Positions 23,704 to 35,499 of a DNA stretch of 49,251 nucleotides are shown here, piece by piece. The position numbers were made by a program, and so were the translations under genes. The notes beneath the pieces were generated by a model. It saw nothing but the letters and a program-made list of their open reading frames with translations. It did not search any database and was not told the DNA's origin. Numbering within the stretch: the first letter of the stretch is position 1; the number at the start of each line of letters is the position of its first letter. This DNA comes from Nemertoderma westbladi (lineage: Eukaryota > Animalia > Xenacoelomorpha), in the NCBI GenBank assembly GCA_032718475.1, contig JAUCBJ010008669.1, forward strand, positions 1 through 49,251. Direction: 5' to 3'.

Positions 23704-26700
23704 TGTAAAGGCTTTTGCGGATATAACTAGTAATTTTCCCCGCAAAGTACTCTGTAGGTGTTTTAGCGGACATAAAAAGCCGTTTTCTTACTGTGTAGGT
23801 GTTTTAGTGGACATAAAAAGCCATTTTTCTGTATGTGTAATTTAGCGGACATAACAAGCCATTTTATGCCGCAATACGCCAAAATACTCTTAATACAGTG
23901 TAGTTCAAATGACGACATCTATCAGCTGATATGTCGATGTGGAGCTTTTTGGCTTTCTTTGTTCGGCTCACTCAACCAATCAGAGCGATTTTCATTTTAT
24001 CTTGTACAGAAGCCTATGGAAGATCGCGCAATGCATTATGGTCTTTGTTTACCTTTTTTCCTGAGCCCAGAACATCGGCTTTGGAATTATTCTGTGTTTC
24101 AGACTTTAGCCAAACATTAGAACAGCTTTGATTATAGAAACGTATAACTGTTATCAAACCTGTCATATCTCATACAAACTGGTCAGACTCATATTATACT
24201 ATACATACCTTTCACCGCATTATTTTTACTGCTTTTACTGTCGGTTATTAATTGTTATCAGTTGATGGATATGTTGCTATATTTAGAGAATATCGATAAA
24301 GAATCATAAAACCCCAATCTTCTTGATATACTGAAGGTTAGAGAGACCGGTTACATATAGCAATTGCGACTTACATTATAGTGGTTTTGGAGTGAATTTA
24401 ATGCTCTTTCATACCTATTTCATACCATACCTACATGTGTCGGTTGCTATTCTCCTTATATATGATCAAATTTAGTGAAGGTCGGCAGATCAGAGTGCAG
24501 CAGTGTGCGGTAGTGTGCATGAGTGTGACAGATAACAAAGCATTTCCTAAAGAATGCGCTTTATACGAAAATCATTAGCCATCCCGTTGTGTTTAGTGTA
24601 AGTCATAACTCTGTTTACATACTTAGAGCGCCACGTCCTAAAGGAACTGTTAATATTTCCCGAAAGTGAATAATATTTGTCAGAGATTATATATTAACTA
24701 TCAATCGAATAGTACAGTAAGTCTACACCGCAATAAGGTCAGAGCTTCCGAATCCAGTCTCCCTTAACCGTGGGTGAATGGTCGCGCATAGGCTGGCTTC
24801 GGCTAATGTAACCTTGTGTGTATCAAATACTTGTTATAAGCTAAAGTCGATTTATAAACTAGAAGACACCTAAAATTGGCAGGTTAAACTGCTAAAGGTC
24901 TAAAAGCGCGAACAATAACAGTTATTCTTTCTTTATTGCAACGTAGGCAATAAAGGTAAAAGTACCGGTCGACCGGTACCCTGTAGGCCTAACTACCTAA
25001 ACACCCGAACCGGTACTTACAGCAGTACAGGTACTAGTATTATTTCGATTGTGATATATTGTATATTGTAGGCTGTTAGAGGATTAGGGATTGATCACCC
25101 CTTATTCCTTTGTATGGTCTACTTATTTCTGTCAGTTTTATTTATTTGTAGGTTAATATTGAGCAGAAGGCATGTAAGCCTGCTCAGATTGTACAAGTAA
25201 TTTGTAGGCTGGATTGTTGTCTGATTGTTGTTAAGTCTGAAGGGATTGCAGTGTGTGTAGAGTGTATGTCCGATAAAGTACTAGTTAGGAACGTGGGGGC
25301 ATCCATTGCTGTAAGGTAGATCCCCCCCGAAAGAATAAGTCGTGCTACTCGGTTAGAACGCATACTAACTAACCATTTCGGAGTCTGCACATACTGTAGT
25401 TTATTTAGGCTTGATAGTAGTCTGCCAGCATTTGGTTTGTATTTTGTTTGTGTAGTCTGTACGGGTAGTGTAATATTTATTATTCAGAGTTTATGCGATT
25501 ATTCGCAACATACACCACCCTAAGTTCATTCCTACAGTAATTGTGCTTGTTATCCATACCGTTATAGTTAAATTAACCCCGGTACTACATCAGGGCTGTT
25601 TGGCGTAGGTAAAGACTAGTGATTTTATGCTCTAGTCACTCCGACAGATACCGTGGTTCTTTTAGCTGTACAAGTATTTTTAACTGCTGGTTATTTGTTG
25701 TATAAGTACTTGTACCTAATTTAGGGTTTAGTGTACAGTGCTTTCCGAAGGTAATTAGTGTGTAGGCAGTATATTTGTGTTGTAAAGTGGTTAATAGGCA
25801 CGTTAGCTATAGTACGCTGCGGTAATTAACTTCTAGGTAGGAACACTCTGGGTACATAACATAGTACTTATAGAGCTGTAAAGCTAGAGACTATAAGTCG
25901 TCAGACGGTGGTATTTTCTTATCTAGACAACGCAATATATTTACTACTGCTTTATTATTTTCAAATACCGTAGTATCCTGTCCGTTGTAATAACCAGAAA
26001 TTCTAACCCCTTGTTAGGCTGGTTTGTAGATTTCTTGTAAAATTAACCCTAAAAATTTGTACGTATAATTATTGTGTTTATTTAGAGATTATAATCTCAC
26101 CCTGTAATTGTACCTAATTTGTAGTAATAAGTAACTTAGGCAAGTAGAATTATTTGTTTTAGTGTCCAATAAGTAGCACTACACTGAGAGCGTACAGCTT
26201 CTTTGTAGTGACTCCTTACCAGAAATAATAACATTTATTTCAAATATTGTAACAAAACCCATTAAACGGGTATATATATATTATAAATCAACTCAAACCA
26301 ATTTATAAAATAGTAGGCCTGTCATATAACAATTAGGTCTTAATATCAGTTGGACTACTGCTTAAATAACGGTAATAAAGTAAAGTAAAGTAACTAAGTA
26401 ACCCTAAAATTCAGAAATTCAATTATTCTAAAATAATTGACGTACCGGTATTTACGATAGGCTTATTATATTTATTTCTATAAATTTAAGCTGAAATTTT
26501 ATACCGGTATTCTGTAATTAATTCTAGTCTATAATTATACTTATATATTATAAGTGTAAGCTGTATACCGGTATTCACGTTAGGCTTATTATATATCTAT
26601 ATATTTGCGCTGAAATTATATACCGGTATTCTGTGACGAACCCTAATATTCGATCCGTAATAATACTTATATATACTATAAGTGTATACCAGTATTCTAA

Positions 26701-26760
26701 TATATTGTATATATATCACGTTACATAGAGTAACGATATCGGTAATTAATTACTAGGCTA
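23704..26760 (+). mobile_element. LTR-type retroelement copy B: 5' LTR and leader only, no coding region
   Basis: Inverted homologue of copy A. It starts TGTAAAGG, and similarity ends roughly 75 bp before the position of copy A's ATG. Confidence 0.75.
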
Positions 26761-27304
26761 ACAGTTGATACTTAATTAATTCTATTAAATTCTATTAAAT
26801 CTATTAATTCTATAACCATCACCTTATGGCTTCTGGGACAACCGATAATCCATGTATAATAGCGATTGGAGGTTAAACAGTAGTCCTACAGTATTTAAAA
26901 TAATGACTCAGTATTATGCATAATCTTCATCTGTACATATTACATTGCATAGAGACTAAACTTTTCATTGGAATTATATTTCCGACATACTGTAGAATTA
27001 TTAATACACGCTGCCTTTCAGGAAGCCAATTGTAGATTACACGGGGGTGACAAAATGTTTTTGTACCATCACTATACCATCAATACCATCACTTCCCAAT
27101 GGATAGTGAGATTCAAAATTCCCGCATTGTACTGTAAACCGCCAATCATGAGCGTTTGTTTCCGTTAATTTGTTTACGATTTATTTTATTTATATAGGTT
27201 ATGATATACTGCAGTACTGTAATAAACGATCGCCGCCCTACTTACACAGTCACCGTCCAGACCAGCAGACCCTTATGACACCTATCGCTACACAATAGTT
27301 TTAC

Positions 27305-27495
27305 GGCCATGCCATGATACACCGCAGCGAGCGGTCGATGTGAGATGCGACTTTTAGTATGATACACTATAGGAGCAGCAGCAGCCATTTGTGGTGTATC
27401 ACCCATAGAAAATAATATGTTCTATTTTTAAAAAGTGGCCGCTTGCCGCAGCCGCTCGCCACTGCCGCTCGCCGCTCCTGTGGTGTATCATGGCC
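27305..27495. mobile_element. PIF/Harbinger-like MITE just upstream of the PRDM9-like ATG
   Basis: GCCATGATACACCGCAG on the left and CTGTGGTGTATCATGGCC-TTAA on the right. Confidence 0.65.
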
Positions 27496-27658
27496 TTAAC
27501 TTTGGCTACTGGTACCCACTGTATCACTGAATATTTTCGATTATCAGTATGTTCTACTTCTAGAATAACAAAATAGTCCAACTATATTGTAATATACTAT
27601 ATATTGTAGTTGGTATTTTTATACCAATTTAATCATATTATATTATTAATTCTTTGAG

Positions 27659-30600
27659 ATGTCAATGAATATTGCTGCTGAAGAGAACGGGTTCGATTCC
27701 ATCCGTCACTATTTCGATGACAACGAATGGGAAGTGATGAGCATCTTCGATAAATGTCGATCGTTGGCATTGAAGGAGCAGTTCGAAATGCTTACGTCTT
27801 TAGGTTTTAACGAACTCAGAGCCAAGCCAATAGATCCTCCAGACTTTATGAAAAGAAAGACCATTAGGATGTCTGGTAGGAAAGTTATTCCTGAAGATGA
27901 GATTATTGGAAACAATGATGAACCGATGAATATGATAGTTGAGGGGGAAGAAGAAAATGGATCACTCTCAATGGATCATTCCATGTTTGATGATGTTACT
28001 GAGGACTGGAGGATATTGCCGTGGATTTCTGTGAGGATGATTCTGACGAGAAATCCGTGGCCTGTACCAACTCGGATCTTATTACAGAAGGAACACGACG
28101 GTTTCGCCGCCAGGTCCATATGAATGGTACAGCGACAGCATCGAGCGTAGCGAGGGAAGTAGCAGCAGTCCAAGTGGAGCGGATCACGGTAGTTGAGAAC
28201 GGCCATATTAATTAAATAATTTAGTTTTTATATATTTCCCGAGGGATATTATTTATTAGGAGCCCGCTTGACAGCGGGATACTTACTGTAAGAATCTCAG
28301 GGATACTTTCTGTAAAAATCTCAGGATACATTACACTGACTGACATACTGACTGACATACTGACTGATAATTATCTAGGTTAAGGCACTTCCTGCCTGGC
28401 GATTTTGATGAAATTTTGCAAGTACATTGCTTTGGTGGTTCATAATCGCGTTACAAAATTTCAGATCGATTCTATGTGTGGTATTTGATATATTTAGTTT
28501 TTTGACATTGTTTTGTCGCGAAATTAAAAGCAATGGCAAAATAACAGCTGGTGTTCATGATGAAATATGGCTTAATATGTTATACACAGTCATAGAAAAA
28601 CGTGTTGGTTGCCAAGTCACATAAGCTGTTGGTTTCTAATGTATTACCCCATAAGCTGATTGCTCTCCCAGTGCTTCCTAAGGGTATATCTACAATAAGG
28701 TTACTCACTCTGCTATGTTGAGGGGTGGATCAGGATAATTAATTTTAGTTACACAAAGCAGTGTGTTGTGTCCTATTGCAGTCGATACTCACTGTGGATT
28801 GTAAAATGTTTTGTCTGGGAAGAGATATTCCGCTTGACGACGGGGTAATACCTATAGAAGGAAACTAAATTTGTTATTTGGCTCTATTCGTTGTTATTTA
28901 TCTGGTTGTGCATCATGGGCATTTTTTATAAATATTCGGTAATCGTATCTTATATCTTGTAAACATGCTTGATAATGAAATTATTTGCTTCATATTATAT
29001 TTTTGTTAGTGGTAGCTAAGTTGCATTTTTTATTATGTGGGGCGAGCCACAAAGTCAGCTAGCCTCACGCCTTGCAGTTTAGACAATTTTAGTTTACTTA
29101 CTGCTGACTGACAGTTCTTTGTAATAGTCTTGGCTAGGATTTTTCCCCCGGGCTCCTTCCAGCCAGCTTGCTGGCTTTCTAGTCTCAACATAAAGTTTAC
29201 CCGTTGCAAATTCGCGCTGCTATTGAACAACACCATCAAAATACCTTGAAATATTTATTGAGGGAAAAATTATTGGGGGGAAAATCTCCAGTAATGGCGA
29301 ATCTTAATAACTCGATTGTGGTTAAGTAAGTAAAGTAAAAATATATATATCACAATATCAATTATGCAATATCATGTATGGATTTGGCGGGATATTAATT
29401 CGCCAAGATGGGATTTGCGTCCAGCCCCCCCTGTCTCCAAGTTAACTAGTAAATTCCGACTGCTGGCCTATCCTATAGTTTAGGTCGCTTAACCACATTA
29501 ATTATGGCCTTTTGAATGAATTCGTTTATTGTTTTTGTAGAATAGCCCTTCTCTATAATCTGGTTATTTCCCTACATTGTTAAAGCATATCATACACTGT
29601 TTTTTTGTAAGAAAGTACAACCTAAACTGCTTCTTTCCTTAAACCTCAATTATTGGTAATTTCAAAATTATAAAATAAATGTAAAATAAATTTATGTTTT
29701 CACATTTTTTGGGGTGTGGGTTTAATACATTCAATGTGTACATGTATTTATTTTTGGGAAGATACATTTCTTTTGGAGAAAATTTGTATTTATTTTTGGG
29801 AGTTTGTCATTCATTTCGGTATGGATCATTGGTTTTGGGGATAAAAAAATTGTTATTTGGTGATGAACAATAAATTTTGGTGTTGGGATAATGTTTTGGT
29901 GTGACCCGAAAATAATATATTTTATTTGGTTCCAGATATTGTTTTGTGCTGACATTGTTTAAATTGATGAGATATACTATAATTGTTTTTGTGAAATTTA
30001 CTGTAATAGCCTAAAATAACCTACTTGCAATCTCAGTGTGGGAGATTACACTAACTTTATTTATACCGCATGATATGTACCAAGTTTGAAACTTGTTGTA
30101 GGAGGGATTTACATTTGGTATATTTTCCATCCTAAATAAGTTCCCCAAAATAACGCCCATAACTCGAGATATGCGAATATTCATTCAATCAATCAATATA
30201 TCTATCTGAATAAGATTACAATATGTGGCAATTTTAATACCCAATTAAAAACATCTATAAAATTGGCAATTAATTAAAAATGGCCGCTTTCAGCCACAGA
30301 AGTGAATTTAGTGACTTTATCTCCGACCGATATTATCAGGGAAACAGGAGGTTTTAATTCGCCATCGTTTATCGTTCCAACTCATTACATCGAGGAAATA
30401 AAATAACAGCTAGAATGTATCTGATCCAGCGATCTATCTGATCCAGCGATTGATCTGTTGGAGGATGTTGATGACGTCAGTTCCGGTAGACACTCGGTTA
30501 CTGTTGCTCCAGCTGTACTGTGTGCCGAGGATTTGGTTAACGATAAACTCCCTAACAGTTTGGGACGTGTTGATTCCGAAGCTGAAAGGACTTCTTGTGG

Positions 30601-31943
30601 TGGAAGTCCGACCCCAGCAGCTGAGCGAGAAGAAATGGCTAAAGTGGTTTCGGGTTCTTCTACAGTTGAGTCGCATTTAAATATCATCGTCACTCCTAAA
30701 TCGACGGCTTCTTTCGAACCCCGATGTGGTTTACGTCCCAGAAAGGAGGTCCCCGATTACGCCAACCGCAACTGCCCTATGAAAGCCTTAAACCAGTTTA
30801 TATTCTGCGACCTTTGCAGAGAGGAATATAATGAATTACAGTGTCCGGTAAACATGGGGAGTTTAACTTCATTTCGAATATCGAAACAACTCTTGGTGGA
30901 AGAAACTGGGCCAGCAGAACAATTCCGTTGTGTTTGGAGATAAAGAAATCTCTAATTAAAAATAAAGGGGTGTTTACCAAGGTCGACCTGAATCCGGGAA
31001 CATTATTTGGTCCTCATGACGGAGAGAGGAAACCAGGTAAACCTAAACCCGGGAAGTCTGATGGTTACAGCTGGTTGATGTTGGACGATCAGGGTAGATA
31101 CTTTACTATCAGCGGGAGACAGGAGTTCAAGTCGAATTGGATGCGCTTTGTAAACTGCGCCAAATGGGAACAGGAACAAACCCTTTGTGGGTTCCAGTTG
31201 GGAGAGGATATATATTATCGAGTCTGTAAACCAGTTGAAGCCGGTATGGAACTCCTTACTTGGTACAGAACTAGTTACGCAGAAGAAATGGGCTTAATTA
31301 ATAAACATCCAAAGGATAAGAAATTGGGGATGAAAGTTTTGGAAGACGGGATGATTCTGTGTACCGGATGTGGCAGATACAATTCTGATAATCAGGAGGC
31401 AATTCTTAGACACCAAAGTAGTCTAGGTGGATGTGCTGAGAGAAAGAGATTGGATTTAGCTCATGATATAGATTTACCTAAATTCCCTTGTGAACATTGC
31501 GATGTCGTCTACATGGTGGAATCTTTTCTTGTTTCCCATTTAAAATGGAAACACAATGAACCCGGCTCTACTCCAACAGGTTCGGGTTCCAACATTCCTA
31601 CTGGTCCCAAGAAACGTTCCAGTTTAGATAAACCTGTTGATAGTTTGGGATTAAGTTCCTGTGGGAAAGTGTTCCGATTTAAATGCCAACTAATGGAACA
31701 CGAAAGGGTTCACTCTGGTGAAAAACCTTACAGTTGCAATGTTTGTAGTAAATCATTCAACCAGAGTTCCAATCTAACAGCGCACCAACGCATCCACACA
31801 GGAGATAAACCCTACAGTTGCAACATCTGTAGTAAATCATTCACCAAGAGTTCCGATCTAACAACCCACCAACGTATCCACACAGGAGATAAACCCTACA
31901 GTTGCAACGTCTGTAGTAAATCATTTTACCAACAGTTCCAATC
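27659..31943 (+). pseudogene. PRDM9: PRDM9-type histone methyltransferase pseudogene (aKRAB, SSXRD, zinc knuckle, PR/SET, C2H2 array)
   Basis: FDSIRHYFDDNEWEVMSIFDKCRSLALKEQFEMLTSLGF...PPDFM matches the SSX/PRDM9 KRAB pattern. RCGLRPRKEVPDY is SSXRD-like. FCDLC..CP/KHG is the knuckle. GVF..FGPHDG..YSW..SNWMRFVNCA..EQEQ..IYYR..ELLTWY..Y is PR/SET. These are followed by post-SET finger CEHC..HLKWKH and TG(E/D)KPY-linked fingers. Lesions: frameshifts near 28000 and 30849, a 2.2-kb insertion, a 17-bp duplication, an in-frame TAG, and LINE truncation. Confidence 0.88.
28213..30404. mobile_element. Composite insertion splitting the PRDM9-like gene (HINE-like element with nested repeats)
   Basis: No GT donor or pyrimidine-rich acceptor at the junctions. 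It has (ACTG)n-like microsatellite at about 28335-28366 and TATTTCCCGAG / CGAGGAAATA near the ends. It contains copies of repeats seen at about 21690-21815, 8810-8867 and 12532-12556. Confidence 0.6.
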
Positions 31944-32157
31944 ATCTTGTACTTTGGCAGCCTCATGGAGTGAATAAGCATGGTGGACAGCCCATGACTT
32001 TCTTGAGACGCATCTGGCATTGAAGATTCGGATGATCTAGCAAATGTCATGGGTGATAGGGATAGTTGTGGCGGTGCAATTTTGTCGATAAGCCGGCACA
32101 GCATTCTAAAAAATGCAGCTGCAATGCAGCTGCAATGCAGCATGCCGATCCTAGTAG
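31944..32157 (+). mobile_element. 3' end of the same RTE LINE family, fused to the PRDM9-like zinc-finger array
   Basis: Nearly identical to 11995-12206 (ATCTTGTACTTTGGCAGCCTCATGGAGTG...CATGCCGATCCTAGTAG). Confidence 0.92.
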
Positions 32158-32347
32158 TGGTGCTTTATGTGGTAGGCCTACCATTGTAGGCTGCTTGTCA
32201 GTCTGTCAGTGTGGTACTGCTACTGCATTATCTGAGTATTGGTACGTGCGGTAGTGTAGGGAGTTCTGCAATTGCCTGAGTGATGTCTGAATTGCGATAT
32301 TGCAACTATATCATGTACTGGTCCGGTACCTTAATCTTATTAAACAT

Positions 32348-34464
32348 TAGGCCTCGATCGGCAATCGGAGTTGGGATTTGGCCGGAGTAGTTAATTTGGC
32401 CGGAGCCGGAGCCGGAGTTTTCAAAAATTTTTAAAATTTAGGCCTAATTATTTATTTAAAAAAAAATAAAGTATGGTTATCCTTCGCCAATCGCTCATCA
32501 TAATCAATCATAGGTCTAATTAATTTCATAATTTATAGATTTACGAATTTTCAATTTAAAATTTAAGTAATTAATTTATCATGGACAGACGGCCTGACGC
32601 TGACGGCTAAAAATTACCTACAGCTGTACAGTGCCTAACTCACTAACTCTCTAACTGTGGTAGATAGGTGTGTACTGTACGTACCGTACCCGTACCAGTA
32701 CTGCAGTAGGGTAAACTGGGATGAAGTGAGCTACTTTTGCAGTTTTTGTGTTTTAAAAATAGTTAATATCACATTGAGGTAATTCCACTGCATTCCTTTG
32801 TGCACGTGCACTACATTATTGCTCTAAACCATCTCACAAAAATAAAAACATAATTTGCATATTAAATAGGAAAATTATATCTTTTGTTTAGAGCACACAA
32901 GTAGCTCAATTTACCCCACTCATGGGGCAAAGTGAGCTATCTCTAAAATCATTTGCAAAACTATTTTAACCCCAATCAGTCATTGCTATGATAGAATTAA
33001 TACATAATTTGCCTATTAAATAGGCAGATTATGTATTTTTTTTGGCCTGTCGAATAGCTCACTTTACCCCACTCATGAGGCAAAGTGAGCTTTCTCTCAA
33101 ATTAGGTCCAAAACCATTTTACCCCAATCAGTAATTTTCCGGTGATAAAGTGAACCATTTTTATGTTTTAAAAAAATCATCAGAGAAACATATACCAATT
33201 ATCTCGGGTCATACATACATGTACAAACAATGGAATCCAAACAAATTCTGTGCTTCCAATTATAAAAAAAAACTTACTTGCTGAACAGCATGCTACTACA
33301 AACAATAAACCTGAATACACAGCACAGCACATCGTAGTAGTGGATATTGTAGGCCTAATAGTTCTGATTTGTACGTTTATTTATTAGACCCACTTAGGCC
33401 CTAACAGCTAAAACCTAAAGCATAAAGAATATAGGACCAGACATCCAAACAACGCTCTGTTACAAATAAGAGATATAATGAAATACAAAATAATAAACAG
33501 CACGAAAATTTCAATAGCTCACTTTACCCCATTGCCAATAAAATAAAGGGGTAAAGTGAACTAAATTAATTAATTAAATAAATAAATAATTAGTTACAGA
33601 ATGATAAAAAAAGTGTATGGGATATCTCAAGTATAACTTATTTACCATTTATTTGCGGTAATGACAACTCTCTATCTTAATTCGTTGTTTATAATTTTTT
33701 ATTTTAAAATCAATAACCAAAAAGTGTGAATTTTCAACTTTTTTTTTCATATTTTGTAAAAATATTGTTTGCTTCGAAATTTCAAACTGTCATAATTTAT
33801 TTCGTTTATTAGATCAAAGCTAGGATATTTGTAGACATTGTAATGATTTTAGAGAATTGAAATAACAAAAATTTATATATTTAAAAAAACAAAATAAAAA
33901 ATAGCTCATTTTTCCCCTAGCTCACTTCACCCCAGCTTACCCTACAGTATGCTGGCATGACAGCAGTAAATAAATGGCTGCAGTCAGGCAGTGGTATGAT
34001 GTACAATCATAGCATTTACAATTTTTACAGTAGGGCTGTAATAGTCTGCTAGTCAGCCAGTACTGCAGTGCCAGTACTGCAGTACAGAGTACGATACCCA
34101 CCATTATTTTGGTGTATGTGTTGAAAGGCCTATTACTGCTGTACAGGTACTGTAATATTACATTGTTAGGCTACCATGATACAGCAGTACGGTACTGTAT
34201 TACCTACTAAACTGAAACATTTTAAAGTTCACATTGTCATACAGACCTGAAGTGCTGGACGCACTAATATTGTGTGACTCAGAGTCAGTCAGTCAGTCAC
34301 TCATTGGCTGTAAGTAAATACTGCAGTAGTATGCTTGATATTGAAGCTGTACTACAGTACTTATAGTGTAAATAATTGTCCAGATTAGAATATGCACAAA
34401 ATATAATACTTTATTAAAAAATTAACACCGGCAATATTTTTACCGGAGCTCCGATCGAGCCCTA
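32348..34464. mobile_element. hAT non-autonomous element
   Basis: TIR TAGG(C/G)CTCGATCGG, an exact 8-bp TSD TTAAACAT (32340-32347 and 34465-34472), and subterminal GCCGGA repeats. Confidence 0.88.
32701..33947. mobile_element. Tc1/mariner-pogo-like non-autonomous element nested in the hAT element
   Basis: TIR GTAGGGTAA(A/G)CTGGG(A/G)TGAAGTGAGCTA with TA flanks. Internal palindromic copies TAGCTCACTTTACCCC..GGCAAAGTGAGCT lie at about 32902, 33055 and 33515. Confidence 0.8.
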
Positions 34465-35499
34465 TTAAACATATGTTTTACAGTACAGTATCGGTACTGT
34501 TACAGTGGAACAGAGTTACCGGCACCGGTACCGTCTTCAGGTCATTGGCGCCACCCACCAATCAGCTTGGCAACAGCAACCATGCAGCCATGGAAGTTTT
34601 GAAATTATGTGGACTCAAGACTGACTGACATTGTCAGGTTGTACCAGCTGACCTTTATTCCATGTTCCGGTATCCACTACTGCACTAGGTACCCCAACAG
34701 CCCAATACTGCCTCTGTATGTAGCAGTGTCATTTGCGACTTCGACTTTTGGTATCGCTACTGCGCTAGCGCTACGGGCAAACTGGACTAACCGATGAGCG
34801 AGACCCGAGGACTGAAGAATGCATTGAATTTTTTGTGTAGTTTGACTGTGGACTTCTATGACATCGATGCCAAGCTGCCAATGCGAAAGTTTTTTTAAAG
34901 TAAAAGTTTGGTTAAATTTTCTTAATTATTTATTTAAATTTCTTAAGTACCGATTTTGGGATAGAATTGCTCAATTTTAATCAGTATCTAATAACCGAGC
35001 CTCGTCCTGCGCGATGGCCCCACAAATGTATGTATAATTTTATTAGCAGTACTATAGGCCTTTTGTCCACTTATGCAACAATATTGTAGGAACAATCAAA
35101 TGATACTGATAAAGGAAGGATGACCTACCCAGTGGTCTTTTAGAATTATTAATTTTTACCTAATGTATACCGGTACCTTACTTAATTTAGTATCAATTCT
35201 TTAATTGATTAATATAATTATTTGAATATTATCAGTTAGCACCATTAAACGGTTGACAACCTACTGTACTGGAAATAGGGAATCGGTGAGTGTCTAAAAA
35301 AAGAATGGAAATTCCGGGTATGAAGTAATAAAAGAGAGTTTAAAAGGTTGGACACGATGAAAAAAAGGCAGTGAATTGAAATAAAAATACGATAAAAACA
35401 CTTGAGTTCGTGAAAGGTCTAAAAAGTAAAAAGAGTTACAACTAAAAATAAATAAAATAAAAAAAGGCTCTATCGATCTGTTGAGGGAGTTAGAGAGAG

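Noticed and set aside
24780-24812. HDV-ribozyme-like ending GGCTTCGGCTAATG in LTR copy B
   Set aside because: I could not build the nested double pseudoknot, and the would-be catalytic C is not kept in copy A (GGGTAATG).
1800-26760. One giant foldback/Polinton-like element with ~3-kb TIRs enclosing 11431-23703
   Set aside because: The two arms are clearly diverged, differ in their U3-like region, and each interrupts a different host element (RTE LINE versus Gypsy integrase). Two independent insertions explain this better.
27604-27622. Possible TSD for the PRDM9-LINE chimera (GTAGTTGGTATTTT versus GTAGTGGTGCTTT at about 32154)
   Set aside because: Too many mismatches in low-complexity sequence to count as evidence.
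27676-27700. CTGAAGA-GAAC-GG-GTTC-GATT hammerhead-like string overlapping a GGTTCGATTCC B-box-like string
   Set aside because: It lacks GAAA and stems I and III, and it lies in the KRAB coding frame (AEENGFDS); coincidental.
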